From a candidate division FCPU426 bacterium (GTDB lineage: Bacteria > Oederibacteriota > PGYV01 > Palsa-1178): a stretch of 64,000 bases of DNA. The DNA lies in NCBI GenBank assembly GCA_963840035.1, contig CAWIXE010000002.1, forward strand, positions 1,632,001-1,696,000, read 5' to 3'. The notes under the pieces are model-generated. The model had not been told where the DNA came from, searched no databases, and worked only from the letters and a program-made list of their open reading frames with translations. Made by a program: the position numbers and the translations under genes. Within the stretch, counting starts at the first letter, position 1. The number at the start of each line of letters is the position of its first letter. Shown here piece after piece: positions 42,022-53,477 of the stretch.

Positions 42022-42654
42022 ATGCGTAGATCGTCCCTAATCGGCGGAGCAGCACTGCTGGCCCTGGTGACAGTTGCTGTTGTCACAGGTCCCGCGGGAG
42101 TTGCTGGAGCCTCTCCAGCTGTCATAGGCACCGGCCACCCGACCTGTGCCGGTGCATGGCTCGGGTCGATCGAGTTCTCCCCGGCCTTGACGACAACGGG
42201 TACGGCCCCGAAGGAGACCATCGAGCTGAAAGCTGTTGCCAAGCCGTGTGCGGTCGGGGTCCCTGTGCCGACCAGTGGGGCGGTTACGTCTATCAAGACG
42301 TTTGTCACCACGAATGCCAACCGGTGCTCCACTCTGCTTCCCGCAGCGACGTTCGCCACGAAGACCGACACGATCCCGCTCACTGTGAAAGTTGGCTGGA
42401 CCCCTTCGGCGATCGCTGCCACGACCATCGCGCTTCCCAATGTGAAGGTCACGTCGACCGCAGCAGCATCACCACTGACCTTCCACTCAACGGGACCAGC
42501 AGCGGGTTCCTACGTGAATCCAACGGCCTCCCTCTCCATCAAGACGGTCAAGACGTTCACGACGATCTGGGGGCTCACAGCAGGAAACTGTGGCGGTGCT
42601 GGCGGCTTGAGCAGCCTCAGCATCCGAGCAGCTGGTACCACTGGCACGTTCTGA
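42022..42654 (+). CDS. Secreted hypothetical protein, paralog of 41011-41661
   Basis: AAGGAG RBS, signal peptide; FSPAL, NRC and W.P.AIA.TT motifs. Confidence 0.7.
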   Translation: MRRSSLIGGAALLALVTVAVVTGPAGVAGASPAVIGTGHPTCAGAWLGSIEFSPALTTTGTAPKETIELKAVAKPCAVGVPVPTSGAVTSIKTFVTTNANRCSTLLPAATFATKTDTIPLTVKVGWTPSAIAATTIALPNVKVTSTAAASPLTFHSTGPAAGSYVNPTASLSIKTVKTFTTIWGLTAGNCGGAGGLSSLSIRAAGTTGTF

Positions 42655-42662
42655 TCAGTAGG

Positions 42663-42717
42663 TGTTGGACCCCTACCGGTCTCGGGACACTGCTCGGGAT
42701 TGGTAGGTGGTCTAACG
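42663..42717 (+). terminator. Stem-loop downstream of the secreted-protein pair
   Basis: TTGGACCCCTACCGGTCTCGGG-acactg-CTCGGGATTGGTAGGTGGTCTAA (with G-U pairs). Confidence 0.5.
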
Positions 42718-42888
42718 CGACCATCTGACCCGAATCATGGGGTAACCGGCTGACACGCCCGTGAGGACACTTCGAGACGTGTGATCGCTTCCTCTGGCCG
42801 GCCGTGTTCCAACGTCGTCAGAGCGGGACAGCCATTAGGAATTAATGTGTTGACCTGGTGTGTGAGTTGATGAAGGCTGGCGGTTGTG

Positions 42889-45449
42889 ATGCCCGAAACG
42901 CGTTACGCCAAGAGTGGCGACGTCCACATCGTGTACCAGGTCTCGGGCGATGGCCCGCTCGACGTGGTACTGGTTCCCGGATTCATCTCCAATGTCGAGC
43001 TCGCGTGGGACATGCCATTCTCGGGCCCTGCGTTGCGAAAGATCGGGTCCTTCGCGGTGGGTCATTTCCTTCGACAAGCGGGGAACCGGTCTCTCCGATC
43101 GGACGGTCGGAATCCCGACGCTCGAACAGCGCATGGACGACGTACGGGCCGTGATGGATGCCGTGGGGATCGACTGCGCTTCCCTGTGGGGGATCTCGGA
43201 GGGTGGGCCGATGTGCATGCTCTTCGCTGCGACCTACCCGACCCGCACCTCGGCTCTCGTGCTGCAGGGTTCCTTTGCCCGCCTCGTCCAATCAGCTGAC
43301 CAGCCATTCGGCTATCCACCGGGGGCAGTGGCGCCCACCATCGCGATGTTCGAGGAGCAGTGGGGGACCGGAGCAGTCGTGGGCAACTTCTTCCCCAGCG
43401 TGGCAGACGACCCGGCGATGCAGGAGCAGTTGGCCCGGTATGAGCGCAACGGTGCGAGCCCAAGTGCGATGGTGGGCATCGTCGAGATGGTTGCTGCTAT
43501 CGACGTGCGACCGATCCTGCCGACGATTGGTGTTCCCACGCTCGTCGTGCATAGCACCGGTGATCCGATGATATCGGTGGAGCACGGCCGGTATCTCGCT
43601 GAGCACATCTCAGGCGCGCAGTATTCTCAAGCTGCCGGGCGAGGATCACTTGAGACCTCTGCGAGATACCGAGCTGTACCGCCAACTGCTGGGGCTCGAG
43701 TCGCCGTGGGATGTGAGCCGTGTCGAGCTGTCCGTCAAGGAGGGTCGGGTCGATGTGTGGACCGGCCATCCGAGGGGTGCTCGCTGGAGCTGTCCGGAGT
43801 GCGACCGGGAGTTGCCGACCTATGACCACGCCGAGGAGCGGGCGTGGCGACACCTCGACAGCCTCCAGTTCCTGACCTACCTCCACGCCCGACCGCCGCG
43901 GGTGAGCTGTCCTGACCATGGGGTACGCCAGGTTCGCCTGCCATGGGCCGAGCCGATGTCACGATTCACCAACCTGTTCGAGCGCATGGCGGTCGATGTG
44001 CTGAAGGAGTGTGATGTCCTCGGTGCCAGCCGGCTGCTTCGCACCAGCTGGGACGAGACGTGGCACCTGATGGAGCGGGCCGTGGCCAGAGGCCAGACGG
44101 TCAAGGAGTTGGCCGTTCCCGCGGTGGTGGGCGTGGATGAGAAGGCGGCCGGACGGGGCCATGACTACATCACCGTGGTGAGCGACCTCGCCCGGGGCAC
44201 GGTCGAGTACCTGGCCGACGAGCGCCGGGAGTCCAGCCTGGACGGCTATTTCGAGCGATTCAGCACCGAACAGTTGGCCGGGATCGAGGCGGTGGGCATG
44301 GACATGTGGGAGCCCTACGCCAACTCGGTGCGGTCCCACCTCGACAACGCCGACGACAAGATCGTCTTCGACAGGTACCACATCATGAAGACCGTGGTCG
44401 GTGCGGTCGACACCGTGCGCAAGCAGGAGAACCGAGCCCTTGTGGCCTCGGGCGACAAGTCCCTCACCGGGTCCAAGTATCTGTGGCTCTACTCGGCGGA
44501 GAACCTCCCCGAACGCCATCAGAGCCGCTTCGATGAGCTTCGCAGCGGCGACCTCAAGACGGGCCGGGCCTGGGCGATCAAGGAGAACCTCCGGTTCTTC
44601 TGGGACTACCAGCGCCGAGGCTGGGCCGAGAAGCACTGGAAGAGCTGGTACTTCTGGGCGACGCACTCACGGCTCGAACCGATCATCGAGGTCGCCCGCA
44701 CCCTCAAGCGTCACCTTCCGGGCCTGCTCGCCTTCTTCGACCACCGGATCACCAGTGCGGGTGCCGAGGGGCTCAACTCACGCATCCAAGCCATCCGCGT
44801 CTCCGCACGCGGCTACCGCAACCGAGACAACTTCAAGACCGCCATCTACTTCCACTGCGGCGGCCTTGACCTCTACCCTCAAACCCACTAATTCGAGAGG
44901 ACGAGGCGAGGGTTCTTCGACGACATCGAGGAGTTTCTGACCGGACAACGACCCGCGCCCAACCCCGACCGAATCCTGACCACTGTTCTCTTCACTGACA
45001 TTGTCGACTCCACTCACGTGTGGCTGACCTGGGCGATCAACGCTGGCGTGAACTGCTCGATCACCATGACGAGGTTATGCGGCACCAGCTCGACCGGTTC
45101 CGCGGCACGGAAGTGAAGACAACCGGAGACGGGTTCCTCGCCGTGTTCGATGGCCCAGCTCGGGCCGTGCAATGCGCCGTGGCCGCCTCCGAAGCGGTTC
45201 GGCCACTCGGTCTTCGAGTTGCGTGCCGGTGTCTATACCGGTGAATGCGTACAGAGGGGCACCGACCTCGGAGGAATCGGAGTGCATATCGGAGCCCGGG
45301 TCGCTTCGTTGGCGGAGCCGAGTCAAGTGTTGGTCTCGCGCACGGTCACCGATCTGGTGGCGGGCTCTGGTCTCGTGTTCGCAAATCGGGGCGAGTACGA
45401 ACTCAAAGGCGTTCCGGGCTCCTGGAATTTGTTCTCTGTGGAGGCCTAA
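42889..45449 (+). pseudogene. Alpha/beta hydrolase-adenylate/guanylate cyclase fusion (LipJ-like) interrupted by an ISL3 transposase
   Basis: PETRYAKSGDVHI, FDKRGTGLSD, GISEGG, LPGEDH | [37 protein letters not shown]; additional indels. Confidence 0.85.
43662..44898 (+). mobile_element. ISL3-family element (transposase ORF 43650-44891)
   Basis: CPEC zinc finger, WRHLD, GVDE, MDMW, DRYH, AEGLNSRIQ and ARGYRN; inserted in the hydrolase-cyclase gene. Confidence 0.92.
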
Positions 45450-45619
45450 GCCAAGCCGAGTGCCGATAGCGGATGCGGGCAGTATGTCCCCGACCACAGG
45501 TTCGGTGTCGCACCCCGGTGCCTCGTTCCCGATGCCCCGAAGAAGGCGTCCTTGCTCCAGCCCTCAAAGGAGGGGACAACGGCGCCGATGGCCCTGTCAT
45601 CGGCTGTACGTCAGCACGC

Positions 45620-45987
45620 CCGCCTCTTCCACCGACGCGAAGGGTTCCAGCTCGGCCTCCTTGCCGTAGCGACTGCACAACTGACGGAGAAATTGAGCTG
45701 GCGGGCCAGCTCGCCGAGACTCATTCCCTCAGACCGACCCGCCTTGACCACCTTCACGCGAACCTGATGGCGCGCCCGAACCACTGCCTCCAATGCTTCG
45801 TTCGCGGTGGCGGTGCTTCGATTGATGGATTCGCCGAAAAGGCACCCTCGATGCTCATTCCGGAACGGAGCGACTTCTGAGCACGCGCCAGGATGCGTTC
45901 GTTTCGCCGAAGCGCCTCGCGGAGCGCCCTGTCCGCGTCGATGAGGTCCTGGATCGCGTCGATGACTTCGGCAGTCAGCCTCTGCAT
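45620..45987 (-). CDS. Small hypothetical HTH protein, frameshifted
   Basis: Helical N-terminal part plus EGMSLGELARQLNFS, split across frames. Confidence 0.45.
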
Positions 45988-46180
45988 GCCCGGAAACCTA
46001 TTTCCGGCTCCTGTGATGGTGTGGGATCGCAACAGGCGTTGACACTCCGCTACCTCTCACCTCAGGAAATGAGGGCGGATCAGCACCAATGGTCGGTTTG
46101 GAGCGAACGACCGAGTCATGGCCACTGAATCCTCGGCCCGTCGGGCGGCCCCAAGGCGGAAGCCGGGGTGTTTGGTGAGT

Positions 46181-46350
46181 CGCTGGCGCGGTCGCGGTGG
46201 TGTTTGGGCTCATCGAATCAGTACAGTCCCGGTTGCGGGCCGTGAACGCACCCCACCTCGTCGCGCTGGTCGGTGCCGGCCCGGCGTCAGGAACGGCAAG
46301 CTCATCGAACGACCCAGCGAATCAGAGGGTGGTGATCAGCAGGTGCGTGG
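46181..46350 (+). mobile_element. IS256-family transposase C-terminal remnant
   Basis: VFGLIESVQSRLRAVNAPHLVALV.AG..(fs)NGKLIERP matches the actinobacterial IS256 C-terminus. Confidence 0.75.
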
Positions 46351-46516
46351 CACGGCGACCCTCTCACCCATCGCCCTCCCTGCCCGCCGCCGTCGCGCGT
46401 GCTGTCTCCGGGATACGCGTTCCGCAGCCGCTGACAAGGGTCACGATCGTCATCTGACAAGACTCGCCTGATTCCTCCCGGCTTGACATATGCCGATATC
46501 GGAATATGATTGCGCC

Positions 46517-46858
46517 ATGGCACGAGCAGCGACGACGTCGGACGTCTTCAACGCGATCGCCGAGCAGCAGCGCCGGGAGATCCTGGTGCTGCTGCGGGCG
46601 GGTGAGGGGCCGGTGACCGAGTTGGCCCAGGAGCTGGGGATGACCCAGCCGGGGGCGTCCAAACACCTGCGGGTGCTCCGGGAGGTCGGACTGGTGCGGG
46701 ACCGCAAGGCAGGCAAGCAACGCCTGTACGGCCTTGACGCCCGCGGGCTGCGACCGGTTCACGAGTGGACCGGCGGGTTCGAGCGGTTCTGGAACGAGAG
46801 CTTCGACCGGCTGGACGAGTACGTGCAGGACCTCAAGCAGGCAAGGCAGGAGGAGTAG
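46517..46858 (+). CDS. ArsR/SmtB-family transcriptional regulator
   Basis: MARAATTSDVFNAIAE..RREIL; QPGASKHLRVL. Confidence 0.9.
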   Translation: MARAATTSDVFNAIAEQQRREILVLLRAGEGPVTELAQELGMTQPGASKHLRVLREVGLVRDRKAGKQRLYGLDARGLRPVHEWTGGFERFWNESFDRLDEYVQDLKQARQEE

Positions 46859-46861
46859 CTG

Positions 46862-47368
46862 ATGAGCGCGACGGGACGAGGAGCGCCGGCGCAGTCCGCG
46901 ACGGCCGACCGCGAGATCGTGATCTCCCGGGTCATCAGTGCCCCACGGGAGCTGGTGTTCGAGGCGTTCACCGAGGTGCGGCACCTGTCGCGGTGGTGGG
47001 GACCGGAGGGGTTCACCACCACCACGCGGGCGTTCGAGTTCCGCGTCGGCGGGGAGTGGGACTTCGTGATGCACGGACCGGACGGGACGGACTACCAGGA
47101 GTGGATCTCCTGGACCGAGATCGCCCCGCCGGAGCGGATCGCGCTGCTGCACGGTGAGTCCCGCGGCGACCCGAACGCCTTCGAGTCGGTCTTGACGTTC
47201 GCGCCCGACGGCGCGGCGACCCGGATCGAGATGCGCACGGTGTTCCCCACCAAGGAGCTGCGCGACGAGGCGGTCGAGAAGTACCACGCGATCGAGGGCG
47301 GCCAGCAGACCCTGAACAACCTGGCTACCTACGTCACCGAGATCGTTCCGAAGAGAGCTGAGGACTGA
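46862..47368 (+). CDS. SRPBCC/AHSA1-family protein
   Basis: APRELVFEAFT, WWGPEGF, MHGPDG. Confidence 0.9.
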   Translation: MSATGRGAPAQSATADREIVISRVISAPRELVFEAFTEVRHLSRWWGPEGFTTTTRAFEFRVGGEWDFVMHGPDGTDYQEWISWTEIAPPERIALLHGESRGDPNAFESVLTFAPDGAATRIEMRTVFPTKELRDEAVEKYHAIEGGQQTLNNLATYVTEIVPKRAED

Positions 47369-47614
47369 TGGCCGGGAAGGTGTTCTTCAGCGTGACGATG
47401 TCGCTGGACGGGTTCATCGCGCCCGAGGAGCGCATGGATGACCAGGACGTGCCGCGCTGGACGGCGCAGTGGACGGAACTGCAGCAGTGGATATTCCCGC
47501 AGCGGTTCTTCGGGGAGGACCTGAAGCTCGGCGAGGGGGGCGAGGAAGGACGCGACAACGACATCGTGCGGGAGACGTTCGAGCGCAGCGGCGCGAGCGT
47601 GATGGCCAAGCGCA
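47368..47614 (+). pseudogene. Truncated dihydrofolate reductase/RibD-C-family gene
   Basis: MSLDGFIA...GASVMAKR, after which homology is lost. Confidence 0.7.
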
Positions 47615-47721
47615 GGTCTGCCGTCCAGGCCCGAGGCGCTTCTCGCAAGTTAGCGAAGCGGTATCTCATCGGAGCCAGGAGCGGTACGATTGGGTTAGTC
47701 AGGGTAGGTCTGTCGTACGCA

Positions 47722-47743
47722 GAGGGATCCTTCGGGGTCCCTC
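47722..47743. terminator. GC hairpin with TTCG loop
   Basis: GAGGGATCC-TTCG-GGGTCCCTC between convergent genes. Confidence 0.45.
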
Positions 47744-47843
47744 ACCGCGTCTGAAACGCAGATGGCCCAGCCTGCCCCCGACCCCTGCCGGGTGAGGGCC
47801 ATCGAACAATCCGTAGAGTAGCTCACCGACCAGTCGGTACAGC

Positions 47844-48290
47844 TCATTCCTCCCGATGGTCGGTGGAGCCCAGTGCCGCCAGCGCCTCGCCGGACAGCCG
47901 GTACCCGATCCACTCGTCCATCGGCACCGCCCCGAGCGACTGGTAGAAGCGAATGGCGGATTCGTTCCAGTCGAGGACCGACCAGTCGATGCGGCCGTAG
48001 CCGCGACTGCTGGGCGATGGCGGCCAGCGCGGCAGACGAGGGCCCGGCCGATCCCCGTGGCCCGGTGCCTCGGGTCGGACGTAGAGGTCCTCGAGGTAGA
48101 TGCCGTTGCGGCCCGTCCACGTGGAGAAGTTGAGGAACCAGATGGCCATGCCGACGCACCGTCCCGCCTCGTCGGCGACGTGGGCGAAGACCGGTGGGTG
48201 ACTCGCCGAACAGGGCGGCCGGCGAGCTGATCCCTCGTCGATCTCGACCGGCGTCGGGCTGAACGCTCGTACTCGGCCAGATCGTGGATC
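47844..48290 (-). CDS. GNAT N-acetyltransferase (SSAT-like), frameshifted
   Basis: FSTWTGRNGIYLEDLYVRP; WSVLDWNESAIRFYQSLGA. Confidence 0.8.
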   Translation of the reverse strand, partial: DPRSGRVRAFSPTPVEIDEGSARRPPCSASHPPVFAHVADEAGRCVGMAIWFLNFSTWTGRNGIYLEDLYVRPEAPGHGDRPGPRLPRWPPSPSSRGYGRIDWSVLDWNESAIRFYQSLGAVPMDEWIGYRLSGEALAALGSTDHREE

Positions 48291-48359
48291 AGCTGCGACC
48301 AGGGTCGTCGACGTCACTGGTCGCCTGCGGTCCGGTCACGGTCAGGCTATCGAGCGCGG

Positions 48360-49335
48360 TCACGGGATCAGCAGCACCCGGCCGAACGCCTGCCGGCTCT
48401 CGATGTAGGCGTGGGCCTCGCCGGCCTGCTCGAGGGGGAACCGCCGGTCGATGACCACCCGGAGCTCGCCGGCTGCGACGTCGTCGAGCAGGGCGGCGAT
48501 CATGGCGTGGGCCCGCGGTGCCGAGGAAGAGCTCGGCGCCGAGGAAGTACCCGACCAGGGTCTGGTTGTTGCGCCCGCATGGTCGAGATGTCGAGCGTCG
48601 GCCGGCGCTCCCGACCGGCGTCGCCGAAGGTGATGCACCGCCCCCGGTAGGCCAGGCAGTGGAGGCTCCTCTGCAGGGTGGAGCCGCCGACCGAGTCCAC
48701 GATGACGTCGGCGCCCCTGCCGTCGGTGAGCCGGCGGACCTCCTCGACGAAGTCGGTCGACGCGTAGTTGATGCCGTGGTCGAGGCCGAGGTCGACCAGG
48801 CGGTCGAGCCGCTCGTCGCTGGACGCGGTGGCCAGCACCGTGGCGCCGGCCCGCTTGGCCAGCTGGATGGCGGCGATGCCCGACGCCGCTGGCTCCGGCG
48901 TGGATCAGGGCGGTCTCGCCCGGCTGGAGGCGCCCGAACTCGAACAGGCAGTCGTCGGCGGTGCCGAAGGGGACCGGCACGCAGGCCGCCTCCTCGGTCG
49001 ACAGCCCGTCGGGGATCGGCCAGCAGAACGGCTCGCCGGCTGCCCGCAGCTCGGCGTGGGATCCGTCCAGACCCGACGGTGACCACCCGGTCGCCCCGGT
49101 GAGATCCGGCGACGCCGTCGCCCACCGCCACGCACCGTGCCGGCGCACTGGTAGCCGACGATGTGGGGCAGCCCGGGCGATGTCGCCGCCCAGCCGGTTG
49201 AGGGTGTCGCCGCCCTCGATGCTGACCGCCTCGACCCGGACCAGCACCTCGCCCGGGCCGCACGACCGGGTCGGGGACCTCCTCGTAGCGGAAGACCTCG
49301 GGTCCGCCGGTCTCGTAGTACACCGCTGCCTTCAC
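48360..49335 (-). CDS. Zinc-binding dehydrogenase/quinone oxidoreductase, multiple frameshifts
   Basis: [33 protein letters not shown]. Confidence 0.8.
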
Positions 49336-49636
49336 GGGCCTCCTCCGATCGACTCGACCCGCCCACACCTACTGCACGGCCGGGGAGCCCGGACCGGCGG
49401 CCGAGGGGGCGACCGCCCTCGGGCCGAGCAACTCGACGACCCTTCGCCGTGGCGATGCCGGAAGTGGCTCTCACCAGGAGATTTCGCGGGATCGGACGGC
49501 GGTTGTCCCTCAAGTACCGCTGGAACACTGCCGATACCCAATCGTGGGAATCGAACGGCTCTAGAGGCGCGGATCGAAACGGAAGGTCCACTCCATCCGT
49601 GATCCCGCGCCAGAGCACGGCACTCCGGGGGAGGGG

Positions 49637-51545
49637 GTGCCGTCGAGGTCGAAGAGCCTGTCGCCGGTGGTCCTGGGCTACGTCGTCGGCCCGCTCGCCC
49701 TGGGCGTGCTCATCGTCTTCCGCGCACTTCGGTCTGGTGGCCCCGCTGCCCATCTGGGCCTACCTGGCTGGCCATCATCGGCGCCGGCGCCTCATGTCGG
49801 TCATCGTCGAGCCCTGGCATACCGCGCCGCCGGGTCGATCAAGCGCCACGTCCGGCTGGCCATCCACGTCCTGGCCGTCACCGTGGTCATCTACATGACG
49901 GGATGGGGCCCCGCCCTCGGCATGGCCTACGCCTTCGTCGCCCTGGAGGAGCTCGAGCTGTGGGGCGCTCCGGCTGTGGCGCCCGGTGCATGTGCTGGAC
50001 GCTGCTCAACATCGCCGTGGCCCAGTACCTCATCTGGGTCGGGCTGGTGCCCTCGTTCCTCAGTCGCGGCCAGGCCGAGGCCATCGGCGCCCTCGGCGCC
50101 TGCGTGCTGGCCATCGTCGTCCGGATGGCCGGAGCCACCGGCGAGAAGAAGGAGCAGGCCGAAGCGCTCCTCGCCCACCAGGCGCTCCACGACATGCTGA
50201 CCGGCCTGCCCAACCGGGCCTACTTCTACGAGCGGACCGAGCAGACGCCTGGCCGGCGCGCCGCCGACGGCACTCATCTCGCGCGGTGATGCTGTTCGAC
50301 CTCGACCGGTTCAAGGAGATCAACGACACCATGGGCCACAAGTACGGGGACCGGGTGCTCATCGAGGTCGGTCCGCGGGTGAGGACCGGTGCTCCGGGCG
50401 GGCGACACCGCTGGCCCGCCTGGGTGGCGACGAGTTCTGCGTGCTGCTGCCCGACGTCGCCGGCGAGACCGACGCGGTGCGGGTGGCCGAGCGGATCATC
50501 GGCGTCGCTCGAGAAGCCCATCGAGGTGGACGGGACCAACCTGGGCATCGAGGCCAGCTGCGGCATCGCGCTGGCCCCCGACGACGGGGACACCGCCGAC
50601 CTCCTGCTCCAGCGGGCCGACGTGGCCATGTACGTGGCCAAGGACTCCCAGCACAGCGTGGTCGTCTACACCGACGAGCTCAACGTGAACACGCCGGCCC
50701 GGCTGGCCCTGCTCGGCGACCTGCGCAACGCGGTGGCCGCCGACGAGTTCGTCCTCCACTACCAGCCCAAGGCGGCGCATGACGTCCGCGGCGGGTGCTG
50801 GGCGTCGAGGCGCTCATCCGCTGGCAGCACCCGACCCTCGGCCTGCTCTATCCCGGACCAGTTCATCCCCGAGGCGGAGCGGACCGGCCTGATCGAGCCG
50901 ATGACCGTCTGGGTGCTCGATGAGGCGCTGCGGCAGTGCCGCCAGTGGCTGGACGCGGCCGATCCGGCCGGGCCGCGACGAGCTTGTCGATCGCGGTCAA
51001 CCTGTCCACCCGCAGCCTGCTCGACGCCTCGCTCGCCGGCGACGGTGGCGGGCGGCCCTCGCCCGCTGGGACGTGCCCGCCCACCTGCTCGACCTCGAGA
51101 TCACCGAGACGATCATCATGACCGACCCCAAGCGGGCCCGGCGGGTGCTGACCGAGCTGGCCGCCATGGGGGTGACCCTGTCCATCGACGACTTCGGCAC
51201 CGGCTACTCGTCGCTGGCCTACCTGCGGGACCTCCCGGTGCACCAGCTCAAGATCGACCGGACGTTCGTCATGGACATGGAGAACGACGCCGACGACGCG
51301 GTCATCGTCCGCTCGGTGATCGACCTGGCCCGCAACCTCGGCCTCCAGACGGTGGCCGAGGGCGTCGAGGACGCCGCCACCTGGGAGCAGCTGACCGAGC
51401 TGGGATGCGACAGCGCCCAGGGCTACTACCTGGCCCGGCCGATGGCCGCGGAGCGTTTCGAGCAGTGGCATGCCAGCATCTGGCGGCACTCGCCGCGGCA
51501 CCGATTCCCGCATCGATGGCCGACGTGGCGAGCGCGCCGACGTGA
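49637..51545 (+). CDS. Membrane GGDEF-EAL protein, multiple frameshifts
   Basis: HDMLTGLPNR, DLDRFKEIND, RLGGDEF, YQPK, EAL, IDDFGTGYSS. Confidence 0.8.
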
Positions 51546-51561
51546 CCACGGTGCACACGAG

Positions 51562-53454
51562 ATGACAACAGACATTGTCAAGGTGCCTCCGATGAGGCCG
51601 ATGATCAAGGGTATGGACGCCACGCGACGCGCTCGAGATGTCCCCGGACGGCCGCCCGGCGCAGGCAGCTCCCCCGAGTGCAGAGCGGATCGCGCTCGGG
51701 GTGGCCCTGCAGGCGCGGGCGGATGAGGTCGGCCAGTTGGTCGACGACCGGTTCGCCGTGTCGCTGCGCGGCGAGGCATTCGCCACCGCGCGGCTGGCCA
51801 CCGAGCTCATCGGCCGGTGGCTGGCCACCGACGAGGTCGCGGCGTCCGACCGAGGACGAGAGCCGTCTCCCGGCAAGGGGCGAGCAGGCCATCCTCGGAG
51901 AACGCCGACCTGGCCAGCGTGGCCAAGGCCTACTTCGCCTGGCGGGACGTGTACCATCGCGCGTCCTGACCGAGGAGGCGGTGCGCCTCGGCGTGAGCGA
52001 CGAGCTGCTCGATCTGGCCTGCGACGTGGTCCGGATCAGCAGCGACGGGAGCCTCGTCCGCGTCATCCGCGAGTTCGACGAGACCGCGCCGCGGCGCTCC
52101 AGCGTCGCCTCCGCGAGGAGCAGGCGTCGCTGGCCCACAGCGCCCTGCACGACGAGCTGACCGGACTGCCCAACCGGGCCCTGCTCACCGACCGGCTCCG
52201 GCAGGCCGCGCCGGTCGCTGGAGCCGCAGGGATACCCGGGCCATGCTGCTCTTCCTCGACCTCGACAATTTCAAGGCCATCAACGACCGGTTCGGGCACC
52301 CGGCCGGCGACTGCCTGTTGGTCGCCGTGGCCTCCCGCCTCGAGGAGCTGGTCCGGGCGTCACGACACGGTGGCCCGTCTGGGGGGCGACGAGTTCGTCA
52401 TCCTGGCCGAGGAGCTGAGCGATCCGGAAGTGGCGGCCCGGTCGCTGGCCAAGCGGATCCACGAGGCCATGCGCGCGCCGGTGACGGTCGGGGACCGCGA
52501 GCTGCTAGACGTCGGTGAGCATCGGCATCGCCGACGGTCGATGCCGGATGCCGACCCCGAGGTCAACCTGGCCCAGGCGGACGCCGCCATGTACCAGGCC
52601 AAGCGGGGTGGTCCGGCCCGCTACGAGGCATACGACGAGGACAATCGGCGCGCGACAGCCGGCGCCGGAGCCAGCTGGCCCACGACGCTGCGGGTGGCCC
52701 ACGGGCTCGGGCAGCTCGTCCATCCACTACCAGCCGCTGTTCAGTCTGGGCGGTGAGATCGTCGGGATGGAGGCCCTGCTCCGCTGGGTCCATCCCGAGC
52801 TCGGCGCGGTGGCACCCGTCGAGTTCATCCCGCTGCTCGAGCAGAGCCGCGAGATCGTGCCGATCGGCCGATGGGTGCTCGAGGAGGCCACCCACCAGTG
52901 CCGGCAGTGGCAGGAGCAGGGGCAGCTCCGACGCTCGACCGTGTCGGTCAACGTCTCGGCGCCCCAGCTCCAGGACCCGGACTTCTTCGACGAGGTGCAG
53001 TCGGCGCTCCTGCGGTCCGGGCTCGACCCCGGAGTGCCTCAGTCCTCGAGGTGACCGAGTCGGTGCTGGTCGCCGATGACGGACGGATCGGCGCCACCAT
53101 GCAGCAGACTCCGGGACCTCGGCGTCCATCATGGCCCTCGACGACTTCGGCACCGGGCTACTCGTCGCTGCTGTACCTGCAAGGGTCTGCCCGATCGACC
53201 GGCTCAAGGTCGATCGGAGCTTCGTGGCCGGACTGGGCGACCCGACTCAGGATCCCACCATCCTCTCGACCGTGGTCGACCTGGCCCACAAGCTGGACCT
53301 CTGGGTCGTGGCCCTGGGCGTGGAGACCGAAGCGGAGCTCCACGCGGTCGAAGCGATGGGGTGCGATGAGGTCCAGGGGTTCCTGCTCGGTCGGCCGGGC
53401 CCTGCGGGCGCGCACGCCGTCGGCGACGCAAGCGCGGTCCTGCTCCGCTCCTGA
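51562..53454 (+). CDS. GGDEF-EAL protein with helical N-terminal domain, multiple frameshifts
   Basis: HDELTGLPNR, DLDNFKAIND, RLGGDEF, EALLRW, DDFGTG, QGFLLGRP. Confidence 0.8.
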
Positions 53455-53477
53455 GCCCCGTCAGGCGTCGGGCACGG

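Noticed and set aside
43638..44911. GGCGAGG as the ISL3 target-site duplication
   Set aside because: Excision at these repeats would delete the hydrolase's conserved Asp-His; CGAGA gives a better reconstruction
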